DNA of 59,214 bases, the filler included, from Ionaspis alba (lineage: Eukaryota), in the NCBI GenBank assembly GCA_964255285.1. It is 4 parts of 4 records of this genome, joined end to end, with 100 filler letters (N's around TTAATTAATTAA, not from the genome) between each part and the next. Parts side by side here need not be neighbours in the genome. Positions count along the whole stretch, not along the records: positions 14,879 to 29,601 come from CAXUUL010000402.1; positions 29,702 to 44,409 come from CAXUUL010000403.1; 2 more parts are not named here. One strand, given 5' to 3'. This document shows positions 25,636 to 37,078 of the stretch, piece by piece. A model generated the notes under the pieces. It was given only the letters and a program-made list of their open reading frames with translations. It did not search any database and was not told where the DNA came from. Positions within the stretch are counted from its first letter, which is position 1. Each line of letters begins with the position of its first letter. The translations under genes were made by a program, and so were the position numbers.

Positions 25636-28600
25636 GATTTACGGCGTCTTGGAGAGGGGCTTGCAGCCTATGGCGCTGTTTTGGCTATATGTGTAGGACG
25701 TTCTCAAAAAGAAACAAGGTAGCTGCCTTCGGGTTCTTTTTCGAATCTCTCAATTCATGTTTACTAGCAACTTTACCGAGATAAGGGTCTTCCTGACAGA
25801 CCATGCTAGAATTTCGAGCCCGTTCCGCATGAAGGCTTTCTAAGGGATGAAATTGCTTGCTCTCAAACACGAGTTCAATTCCTTTCTGCGGATATCTTAC
25901 CAGGGCATGAATACAGTACCATTGAAGATTGCTTCCGTTGTGTTTATACATGATGCTCATTTCTCAAGGCCATCGAGAGTGCATGAACTCGAGCAACATG
26001 CCCCGTTCCAATAGTCCTGCAAATTGTCTTGAGGCTTTCATTGTTGTGTCATTCGTTCTCTGAATCAGACCTACAATGACGTATCAAGATTTGCAAGGAT
26101 AAGATACAACGCTTTATCCACCGGGCAGCTTTCATCGTAGTGTATTCGACCACCAGCGAGGCGCACCAGTGTCCCTAAAAGTTTGCAGTTTCTGCAATGG
26201 CATGAAGAGAGGGTAGTTGGCGAAGCTGAGACGCTGCGATGGGGGATATGCGTCGCGTAGAGAGAGGTTTTACGGCGGGATGGAGGACATTTGAGGACTG
26301 TGCGAACAGCTCCCTGTGAGCGTGTTACAGTGTTATGTGGTTGATGAAGATATACGAATGGGTAGGGGGCCTCAATAACGATGGGATGTGGTATGTCCGT
26401 CTGAATACAGACAATGTAGACTAGTTCAGTTCGTCACAAACTTCATTCTACTCTGGCGATTCTCCAAAATACTTCTTGGGTGGCTCTCCCAATATCAATG
26501 GCAACGACACCTGTGAAATATCAATGCGACTCCAACGGACCACCCACAAAGCCTCTGCCTATTCGAAATTGGCTGGACAGCTGCATAGTCTTCATGCCCT
26601 CCTCGCTCATCGTCTCGACTACTCCAAGAAATCACTCACCTAAAGCTCTACACGAATAGTACCCACCCACTCCTCCTTCGCCCCGCGGAGACTCTTCCAG
26701 CCCACACCCTCAAAATTTCTAATTCTCGGGCCGGAGGATTTCAGCTCTTTAGTCCAGTAGCCACTCGAGGCATGGGAATGAAGGTTTCCCTCCGTGGTGG
26801 CTTGTCGCTAGCGAGAATGGGGCTTACCCTAGCGCCCACGGACCGTGGTTGTTTTGGAAGATTGTTTACGATTAATTAGTTCAAATGGTGCTTGATCGGG
26901 ACGTGGCGATTGTTGATCGACTTTTCGATTAAAGTGTTAGTGCGGGCTAGGCCGGGAATGGAGCAGGGAGAGCTGCTGTCCGTGCCGACTGATCGACGGA
27001 ATTGTGGGGCGGAAATATAAGCGTTCAGGTGGGTTGTGGGGAGGTTGAGGACGTGGTGGAGTGGGTGTGGAGTTGATGTTTAGGCGAGGTGGGAGGGATG
27101 GATGTTCAGAAGGTGTTGGATGGGGGGTTGTTTCAGATATGGGGTGTTGTGGTTGATGGTTTATGATTGAGTATGAGATGGGGTTTGTGGATGGTAGGGG
27201 AAGGGGATATCGCTTTCCGGAAGAGGTTGAGGTTGAAGGAGGTCGTTGCTCCTTTTGGATATGGTGAGTTGACAGGCAACTTGACTTGGGAGTTGCATAT
27301 TGAGATGATCTGCGTTGCATTGACGTTGTGGGAAATGCTTGTAGCGAGCTTCAGGAAATGGACCGATAAGAGAATGGTCACTACAGGCGAGGAGATAGCT
27401 GGTGAGAAAGTGATTGAACGAGATGGGATCATCGAGATGCATATTTATTGATTGCGCGTAGGTAAGGTAAGACACGTTGACAGAACGTGTCGTATCAATG
27501 ATAGGTGTCAGATAGCGAGAGCATCGTCCACCGTGCACGTCCGTTGCGTCCATGCAGCATATATTGCTGTGTGAGAGGTTGAGATAGGCTCCTCAATAGT
27601 CCTTGGTCATCTAAACATCTCCGCACATCCTTGAGCAAGCATCTGGAGGGTCATCGGTCGATATGCACTCTAGGTTCTTCAGACTTCGAGATCGAGGACA
27701 CGATCAAGCTTGTGTAGTCGAAGCCAGTATCCGCAAGCGGCATACGTTAATTGATGCACGTTGTCAAGAACGTCGCTGCAATGTCAGGCAGTCAGCATGT
27801 CTGTGCGGCTTGAGATGTTCCTATGGCATGCATAAGCGTGTAGATCCTACGACGCTGGTGGATCCAAAACGGTTGCATTACCGTATGTATATCTGTTCGG
27901 ATGGCGTTCACTTGTTTACTAGAGGCACCACGATGCAGGCGCTCAACAACGTAGTTTGGGTGCATGTGAATCACGTCTTGCGGTACAGCGTAGCGTATCC
28001 TGCAGGTCTCTGCTTTGTCTCCCTCAACTTCCTGCTGCCCCTTGATCGATCTCAAGCTACGGTTGGAATTAATACATAATCTTGCCTATCAGTGTGAAAA
28101 TATCCGATATGCAGGAGTGCTTGTTGAGACATGTGTTTTACGAAGCTGCCTATACACCCAGTATAACTCAGACAATGAAAAAAACATCATCTCTTCAAGC
28201 CGCAGAAAAGTCAAGGTAGGCGCCAAACATAACGACACGACCCAAAAACACCTGTATATATCAACGGCTTGTTCTCTTACACCATAGCAAATATGACAGC
28301 GAAAACGAAACAGGATTTGCAAAGATCAGAGTCTTATGCGGCATATCAGTACCTAGAAGCTTCTTGAAACAATAGCTCCCTGCCCTCACACCTACTCGAC
28401 AGACGTAGTCTTCGTAGCAGAAGCTTGCGGCGGTGTAGCACTGCTGAATAAGGATTTCTGAACTGCAAGCGGTATGGTGCTTGTGGTAGAGGGCAGTAGA
28501 TCAAAGGGACTGCGGGGGAAATACTACCGTGTGGCCGAACGTCAGCAACAGCTTGGGAAACTTAGAAGCATTCCTCTCGGCTACTTACCAGGTTAATTAG

Positions 28601-28918
28601 ATTGAAGCTCAAGCCCTCCGCTCCCCAGTAGCCACTATAGGACTTTTTCTTCTTCACACAGGTGTCGAGAATGTCCTATCATGGATTGAGCTTCTGCACT
28701 GTGCGAGGCGGTAGATTGTGACATACTTGCATCAGTTTGGGGCAGACTATGTGAAAGAGCGGAGTCGTTGTATGAGACCGGTTGATCACTAGTTGGTAGT
28801 AGTTTGATTCTCCAGGTTTTGATTCGCTAGCCCATACACAGGTGCTGCCGGTATTCATGGTTGGCTTGGTCAAGTCTGGATGCTGATTGTTCCGAGAACT
28901 GTCAGTGCACGAGGACCA

Positions 28919-29601
28919 TTAGGTGATGTTTGGAGACCGGACACTGCTTACGTTGCTATTAGAGCTATTGTTGCAGATGGCAGTATCATTGCAAGGAACC
29001 TTGGAGATAAAGTCCCGCTGAGAAAGGACGGCGAATAATGCACTGGTGAGAACCTTGTAGTCTGGTGCAGCTTTCGGCCGGGCTTGAGAAAACACGATTC
29101 TCTTGGTTGGTGCGTTGGGAGTGAAGCCGATAGCGGCAGATCTAGTGGAGGGTGCAGATCTAGAGCTGGCGGTGGCAGCAGCACCAGTAGAGGCAGGAGT
29201 AGCAACACCGTTGAGCCAACCAAGTACATTTGCCAAGACAATGCCCTCCAAAAAATCGTATGCCATTCTGAGGTAGCCTAGCCCATCCGGGGTTACAAAG
29301 CTTCCCTCCTGGTGCTCCCATGTTGTCGTCGAATTGTGGACCTTCAAGATCCTTCGCCTCTGTTCCTGGACCATTCGATTCACAATGGCTGCAATGGCTG
29401 CATCGTAGGAGGCCACCCGGCGCTGCATATCGAAGAACGTCGACCCATCGTCATGCAGGCCAATCATTGAAATCTGACCCACACTCACGACGGTCGAGGG
29501 ATCCTTCTCGAAGATGAGGTCGATGATTTTGAGAGGCGCGCAGGTGCATCGGCTACTTGGTCATTGTACAGTATATCCCTTGTGCCAGCCATCAAGAGGA
29601 C
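28919..29601 (-). pseudogene. SGNH/GDSL hydrolase (CE3-like) domain fragment with a frameshift and degenerate catalytic motifs; 5'-truncated at the spacer, probably continuing in further exons toward ~28350
   Basis: From 29601: VLLMAGTRDIL...APARLS, then a one-base shift at AAAA (plus tttt 29527-29530) into KIIDLIFEKDPSTVVSVGQI...RVASYDAAI..IV..P..LGYLRMAY.F...I..A...GWL, which is the CE3 layout. Confidence 0.55.
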
Positions 29602-29701
29602 NNNNNNNNNNNNNNNNNNNNNNNNNNNNNNNNNNNNNNNNNNNNTTAATTAATTAANNNNNNNNNNNNNNNNNNNNNNNNNNNNNNNNNNNNNNNNNNN
29701 N
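29602..29701. other. Artificial contig-joining spacer
   Basis: N44-TTAATTAATTAA-N44, identical to 14779-14878. Confidence 0.97.
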
Positions 29702-29958
29702 TGCAGCTTGCCCTAATTCTTGTCTCGGTAAAGTCCCCGGGCCGGAGCAAGCCGTAGAAGAAAAAAAACATGACGTTCCGCAAACACCCCACCAATCCAA
29801 ATCTTCCCGCAGATGAGCAGTCCAGCATCATACATACCCACCAATAATCCTGCCTTCTTATTTACACCCCCAGCGTCCCCAGAATTCTCCGCAATTCTCT
29901 CTCAAAGCTGGACTCGAATAGCATACAACGACTTGTTCACCACAGTAAATTGAGCGCA

Positions 29959-31153
29959 ATGGGTGAACTCACTCACCCCACCATCAAAGGTGTCTTATCA
30001 TCCTCCCTTGAATCGCGCCCCACGCCCGCATCTCGTGCGCTGGCTTTTTTCGCGCTCCCTTCGCAGATGGGACACTTGCTAACTGTTGTGCTTGTTCGAT
30101 AGATGGCTGGTTTCACGAAATCTCCAATATGTGGCCAGGTCAGGCTATGACGCTCAAAGTCAACCAGATTCTCCACACCGAAAAGTCCAAGTACCAGGAT
30201 GTCCTGATATTTGAATCAAGTGACCATGGAACGGTTCTGATTCTGGACAATGCGATCCAATGCACCGAGAGGGACGAGTTTGCGTAAGGCACTGCGCTTC
30301 TATCAGTTGACACAACCGCTCCTCCAGTTGGGTGCTGTCGGTTGCACCAATTTCGGTGTTATGGATTACTGATATAAGACCTGAGATTGCAGGTATCAAG
30401 AAATGATCACCCACCTCGCCATGAACTCCCACCCAAACCCGAAAAAAGTTCTCGTCATCGGTGGCGGCGACGGCGGTGTCCTGCGAGAAGTCGTGAAGCA
30501 CTCGACGGTCGAGGAAGCCATTCTCTGCGACATCGACGAAGCTGTGATCAGGCTGTCGAAGAAATATCTTCCGGGCATGTCAATAGGCTTTCAGCACCCG
30601 AATGTCAAAACACACATCGGCGACGGGTTCCAGTTCTTGAAGGAGAGGAAAAACGAGTTCGACGTCATCATCACGGATAGTAGCGATCCAGATGGGCCAG
30701 CGGAGACGCTATTTCAGAAACCATATTTTGAGCTGCTGTTCGGGGCGCTGAAGGAAGGAGGGGTGATCACTACTCAAGGTTGGTCTGCGCGAGCTCGTTT
30801 CCATGGCTTCCCTACTTCCCCTCCCTCGTGCTTCACTCGAGGACGCCGATTCTGATATTCTGTGTCAAAATCTAGGCGAGAATCAATGGCTCCATCTACC
30901 CCTTATTACCGGCCTACGCAAATCCTGCCTCGAAGTCTTCCCCACCGTCGAATTCGCCTACACCACCATTCCTACCTATCCCGGAGGACAGATCGGCTTC
31001 ATGGTCTGCTGTAAGGACGCGAAGAGGAATGTAAGAGAACCGTTGAGGAGCTGGAGTCCGGAAGAAGAAGAGAAGTTGTGCAGATACTACAACAAAGAGA
31101 TTCACAAGGCTAGTTTTATACTGCCGACTTTTGCGAGGAAGGCTCTTCGGTGA
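29959..31153 (+). CDS. SPE3: Spermidine synthase; 3 introns
   Basis: [102 protein letters not shown]. Confidence 0.97.
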
Positions 31154-31699
31154 GGACATCCAGACAGAAGGGCTATCAGGGAAGGACACCATAGAAGGCG
31201 TAATGCTTAATGGGAGTTACGAACTTAGACCGCCGTGCGATTGTCTCACTTCTAGTTGTCTTACGCTTGGGACGAAGGCCGTCAGAAGTTGGAACTGGCA
31301 CATGAGCGATATACCACATGTTCTTTAACACAGGCTTTAGATATCCCATCTCTGCTGTGCGTCTTCCAAAATGCATTTCATTTTCAGCAAGTGTGAAGAG
31401 AATAACGTATGTAATGTAACTATGTACGTGAATCGTGCATCATACATGCAAGTGCATGAACAATTCACCTGCAACACCCACGGAGCTCCAAGGACTTGGA
31501 CCGATCACTGATACCAATGTCAAACGTCCCAGTTGTCCTCATCACCCACCATCCGCCCTTTCAACCAAATATTCACACGCTGTCCCCAGCCAAAATCCCC
31601 GTGACCAATAGCAAATTCGTGTTCGTATGTCCTCGTTATGTGCATGACTCCATTCCCTGCGTCCCAAGATATTGAACAATCCACCTACACCCAACCATC

Positions 31700-32944
31700 C
31701 TACAACATTATCGCAAACCCCACCGCTCCTCCCATAACGCCCACAACTTCCCAGCCCCAAGTCCTCGACCTAGGCGCCAGACCCGCACTCTGCAAGCTGC
31801 CTGACGGTCCTGTCGTAGTCCCCGCCACACCCGCAGACCCGGTGGGCGTAGCTATATTCCCACCAGCACCAGAAACAACAGTGAAGGCAGTGATGGTCGA
31901 CTGGCTACCATCGGGTAGCGTCGTAGTCTGAAGAACAAGAGCCGTGGTTTCTGATCCTCCTGAGCCACCAGCGGTCGAGTCGGACCCGCTCCCACTTCCC
32001 GCTGCGCTACCTGTTGGATTGCTGCCACCCGCTCCACCTTGACCAGATAGCGTGACAACGCCGCCGTCAATGGTGGTGATGATCGTGACGCCTGCGGCGT
32101 TGGTCGTAGTGATCACTTGTCCGGAGGTCACGAAGCCGATGCCAGGGACACTGACCGGACCAGGTGCGAGCGGCACAGAAGGAATGGCAACGCCATTGGT
32201 CGTGCCGGGACCACTGGTTTGTTCCGGTGCGTTCCCGGCAGCGGTTGTGGAGGGAGCACCTGGGGCTTGGGAGGGTTGATTTGGCGATGCAGGCACATTG
32301 GAAGCCCCGGCTGAGGAAGAGCCGGCGGGCGAGCCTGCGGACGCACTGGCTGGAGAGCCTGGTGTGCCTGGTGAAGCTGGAGTGCCTGGTGATGACGGGG
32401 ACCCTGGAGATCCTGGAGAGGCTGGCGATCCGGGGGAAGATGGAGACCCCGGAGAGGCTGAAGGGGAAGGTCCCGCAGGAGCGCTGGTCTGAGGATTGGG
32501 CAATGGAACTGGTGTCGCTTGCTGGGTGCTTCTGTCACTAGGTTGGACCGGGTTCGGCGCTACGGTGCTGGGATTTATGACGATTTCAGTGATGGTGGTG
32601 GAGACTTCGGTGATAGTCGCCACAGCCGTGGAATTGAGGGAGGCTTCCTGCCTTTTGGCGACCGAGACTATGGTTGTAGCAAGAGGAGCGTCGTCGCGGT
32701 GGACGGCTTCAACTGCCGTGCGGTCTTCTCGGAAAACACCATGTTTGAATTTCCTAGGAGAGTAATCGTGTAGAGCGGCGTGTAGAGCGGGCGGATCGAC
32801 CTGGTCTAAGAGTTTTTGGAATGCGGCGGCATCTGCGAGTGCTTCTTGCTCGTCTTTCTCGTTCGAGGGGATCGAGGTGATCGCGTAGGATGAGATGCGT
32901 GTGATGAGGAGGCAGTTGAGGAGAAGTGAGCGTATTGAAGGCAT
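31700..32944 (-). CDS. Secreted, probably GPI-anchored Ser/Thr/Pro/Gly-rich cell-surface protein
   Basis: Signal peptide MPSIRSLLLNCLLITRISSYA, short globular domain (LHAALH...FKHGVF..DRTAVE), KR site (AKRQ), low-complexity stalk, hydrophobic tail after SLQS. Confidence 0.8.
   Translation of the reverse strand: MPSIRSLLLNCLLITRISSYAITSIPSNEKDEQEALADAAAFQKLLDQVDPPALHAALHDYSPRKFKHGVFREDRTAVEAVHRDDAPLATTIVSVAKRQEASLNSTAVATITEVSTTITEIVINPSTVAPNPVQPSDRSTQQATPVPLPNPQTSAPAGPSPSASPGSPSSPGSPASPGSPGSPSSPGTPASPGTPGSPASASAGSPAGSSSAGASNVPASPNQPSQAPGAPSTTAAGNAPEQTSGPGTTNGVAIPSVPLAPGPVSVPGIGFVTSGQVITTTNAAGVTIITTIDGGVVTLSGQGGAGGSNPTGSAAGSGSGSDSTAGGSGGSETTALVLQTTTLPDGSQSTITAFTVVSGAGGNIATPTGSAGVAGTTTGPSGSLQSAGLAPRSRTWGWEVVGVMGGAVGFAIML
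32335..32470 (-). repeat. Coding tandem repeat, about (SPGSPA/SPGSPS/SPGTPA)n
   Basis: Peptide SPSASPGSPSSPGSPASPGSPGSPSSPGTPASPGTPGSPASAS, giving 9/18-nt periodicity in the DNA. Confidence 0.75.
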
Positions 32945-33819
32945 AGCGAATGATATGGAAGGTGATTGCCGGAGCTACAGCAGAAGATCAGGATCAGTGG
33001 ACTTTGGTTATCGAGAGTGCATGCAATTCTGCTCACAATGAGTACTCTGCCACTAAGAAATATTTGCTAAGCAGCACAGCAAAGTATCAATGAAACTCGT
33101 CAACGAGCTGTCGTGCCACACTAGGTGATGTTGAGGAGAAGTTGCAGCTGGAAGATGAAGTGGTAGGATTGATAGTTTTGTGGGACAGTAGTAGGAATCC
33201 TCGGATGCCAAGAAGAAAGCTCACGGAAAGGTCGGCAGTTATTCAAAGATTTACTGACTCCGGTGCAAGTCGCGTGTTGGTGGGAAGGAACGAGCGTGGA
33301 GAAACAACTGACTTACAACTGCATCGACATGACGGAGGAGAGCAGATGTGAGGTGAGGAGTGATGATAGTCGTGACGGTGGAGGACGGTGGAGTAGTGGG
33401 TGGCGAGCAGCCCAGAATGGATGGCTGGAAGGGCCTTGGAAGAGGGCTAGTCTTTGACAAGACGGGACTCTCTACTCGATTGCTATTTATGGCATCTTCA
33501 AGGATTTCGACTACCGATCATTTCTTGGCACTATCGACTTTCCATCACATCCACAACAACTAATGGCTACGAGACTACCTGTCTCTTCCAATCATCATGT
33601 ACTATACTCTATTATTGGCTCTTGCTATGATGATAATGCAAATCGAGCGAAAGATTACTTAGGAGCAAGCCACTATCACTAGAACGTTCAAGGACGTTCA
33701 TTCGCACTCACGCCGGCCCTCTACCCGTGTCCGACAACTACCAAAGCTTCGACCTACTCGTCCTCCCCTGCTCCGCTCGTCCTCTTCGTCTTCTTCGTCT
33801 TCTTCGCTTTCTTCTCTTC

Positions 33820-36181
33820 CTATCTTACTTGCTGTTTTTGTGCTTGTTTGCTGTGCTTTGTGGATGTTCTCGCGCCTGCTCTGCTTATTAGTTGCCTCTT
33901 GAAATACGCGCGGTTGATAGTTCTATACGAATCCTCCAAGTCCATTTCATGATCGTGGCCGGAGAATTCTAATCGGTCGTCCGGCTCGCCAAGGGTGTCC
34001 TGCTCCTCGGTAGGGTCATGGTCGTTTCTAAAAGCATTGTTCGGCTCCGGGAAAAACTCGATGTTCTGGCTACCATACGGGTGGAATGCCCTGACACGTG
34101 GGGGTGCTAACCTTGGCAACTTGGGATCAGGAAAAGGCACTTCTTCCACGATTCTTTCCACTCCCTTCTTTGGCTTGAAGAAGCTCGTCGGCATCCGGTT
34201 GACCTCGTTGCCTCTGTACCATATATCATATCGACTCCGGTTCAGATCTGCTCGCACATATTCTGCGCAGGCCTCCGCAATCTGTCGGGTTATATAGTAG
34301 AGTTGATCTGGGGTCGGACGCCTGGCGGGTCGATGGTCCAAGCATTGACGAATCAGATTCCAGAGCTGCCGGCTATATGGAGGACCTCGTTGCTCATCTG
34401 TGATTCTTTCGTCCGCCATTGACTTTTCCACGCCCGCGGGGGTAATTTCCCTCAAAGTTGCTACCGCGAATATCGTTGCTCCTAGTTGATAGACGTTTGT
34501 CATAGCTGAGATTTTACCGGGCGCTCCTGGCTTTGACTCCTACGAAAGGTAAGGCATGAGAAGTGATATAAACCTTATGTCAGAAGATACGTACCGGTGC
34601 GTCGTAACAAGGATCAACAATTAGCTGATAATCGTTCGGGTTGGAAGGATCCCATTCGTTTGTCTGCATCGCAAGACCGAAATCTGCCAACTTGGGAACT
34701 GGGTATCGTGGAAACAAAGAATTGGGGTTCGGGTCTCCTAAAAACACTGTTCATTGACAAGTCAATATGGGTGTGGTGAAAGCAAGCCTGGATGGACTCA
34801 CCGTTATGGGGACGGAAGTCTCGGTGAACTGTACAGCTTCCGTCAGCTTCATCCCCAACTGGTCTCATGCTGACTCACCAATCTCTTTCCAATGGGCTCT
34901 GATAGGCGTTTCAGCTTTCGGTTTCTTGGCTTCCTCTTTCCTCTTCCTCTCAGCAATAGCGAGATCATCTTCCCTCAACAGTGCCACCAGGCCCGCCTTT
35001 CGCAAGTTACCCCGGAACCGGATACCCCTGTTGTTCAATTCAGGTTTAATGCCTCTCACTGTCCATCTGTCGTAATCTATCGGTGGGGCAGCTTCCTCGT
35101 CTGCTGGCAGATTGCCCTTCTGTAGGAGCAGAGTGGCTTTGGACAGTTCGTGGAACAAGTGCCATAGAAATGGTTCCGGAAAATACCGTCTCCACCGGCG
35201 GTATCTTATCCCGAGTGTAAACAGATCACCATGGGGGGCGTATTCTAAATACAATCGATGGGTCTCAGCAGCGGGGAACCCGCGATAATGCCTAAGTTCA
35301 AGAATGTTGCTATGATCGCAGGGCAATCGGCTTAGTAGGAACTGGAGTTCCACTTCACCAGGATCTCTTGTCTTGTCGAACTGTCCGTGCAGTGGCAGAG
35401 TTTGCTTTATCACCATGTACTAAGATACCAAGAGGTCATCAGCACAAGCATTCAGCTGCAACAATCGCTCATGTCTGGCTATCATGGAACTTACCTCCGC
35501 AGTTTCCTCAACATGTTTCTCTTTCCCTTTTTCCCTCCTTTTCCCTTTCCCCCCTTCCTCGTCTTGCTCGCCCTCCTCTGCTTCCTCCTCCCCTTCCTCT
35601 GCTTCCTCCCCTTCCTTCGCAATTTGTTGTTCACGAGACCACAAGCCAACCATGCCAAACGCGCCATAACCAAGAGGACGTTCGCCTCTCCAGTGTTCCT
35701 GATCGAGGTGAGTTTCGGATGCAATAAAACTTGCGAGACGCGGGCCCCAAGCTTCTACGCGCTGAGCTTGGACTTCTGGATCTGGATGTTCTCCTTCCAA
35801 GGGCTGCTTATCAAGGGGATCGAAAATCAATATGTTTTGTGGATCTTTTTGATACATGCCAACTTCCACTTCCACCTGATTCATGGCTTCGTTAAGACCG
35901 AAATCATGGAGACCAGCCCTCCAATCGGGTTCTTCAACTGGCGTCCGATTGTTACTTGATTCGTAATCAGGCAGATCAGATGGAGCTTCTTGCTCATTCT
36001 CCTTGGGCCGCTGACCTACTTCACCATTGTCTCCGTCATCACCTCGCGTGTTCTGGGACGGTCTACCTTCTTCATCACCATTCCGATTACCTTTATGCTT
36101 CTTCGCAGGTGGTTGCCCTCCCTGATCATTGTCTCTATTGAGCCCGTCCTTATGCTTGCTCGGGCCTGCCACGTTGGCCAT
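33820..36181 (-). CDS. Divergent Ser/Thr protein kinase A (NIMA/NEK-like, lineage-specific) with SAP-domain insert; 4 introns
   Basis: Spliced (introns 35494-35420, 34878-34829, 34801-34747, 34593-34540): LGYGAFGMV, MVIK, RLYLEYAPHGDL, FPEPFLWHLF, VHRDFRPHN, KLADFG, YDAP|E, TNVYQLG, YS..L..LI.QCL...PARRPT. Confidence 0.85.
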
Positions 36182-37078
36182 GGCTGCTGCCTGGTTGAAG
36201 CAGCTCTCATGTATTTGCCGTGGTGAGGCCAGGCACTATTTAGCAATACGGAACAGTGCATGAGAACAATAGATAAAGAACACAAGTGGTTTCACATCGA
36301 TATACTATTCATTGTTGTCTGGCGGCCGCCTCCGTCAACCATTTGACGCAAACGGTATGTCCATCTCTATCGAACAACGGACGACAATCAACTCGGGCGC
36401 ACTCAATGAATAACAGATGAAGAGAGCGAGTCGCAACCCGCACGTGGGGCGAACGAAGAGAATGTCATGAGAAAAGTAGAACGGTAAAGAGTCCCGTCTC
36501 ATTACAGACGTCCCACCAACTCATTGCAGCACTCCTAACCACATAGAATTATTCCTCCTCATGTGGAAGTACCTTGTACGTCTAAGAGCGACATCGTCAC
36601 AGCCCACTATAATCCCTACCTTCAGTGGCTACAAATGGCTGAAGACACAGGAGGTAGGAGCTGTCTATGGATTCAGAAGGTATATTTTGAGCCTTATATA
36701 GGTCGTAAGATTGTCATGTGAGCCGGATGATCACGTTGCCTCTTTTGACCAAGGACTAGCGCTATCATGACGATGCAAGAGGACAAGACACAAATCTACC
36801 CCAGTGACAAAGAAGGAATTCCATGGACGAGTTATCATGGTACAATCTGAAGAAGTGGATGCTCTACATGCCAAAAGCGACAAATTCCTCGACAACAACA
36901 TACACCATGCGAACTAACTTGGACGATGCCGGAACACCAGTCACAACGAAATGATTGTCCTGTCAAGATGGCTCGGCAAAATGATGGTCTTAGCATCACT
37001 TCCTCATTTCTCATCGAGTATGATTTGATGCAACGAGGATCTAGCAAAATGAATTCCAATGATTCGGCATCACCTATT

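Noticed and set aside
26000..28300. Telomerase RNA candidate in a long non-coding stretch
   Set aside because: No CTAACCCTA-type template seen on either strand.
29728..29745. AAAGTCCCCGG resembling the RNase MRP RNA CR-I motif
   Set aside because: No matching CR-V (ACAnnnGGGGCT) downstream in this segment. More likely part of the SPE3 promoter.
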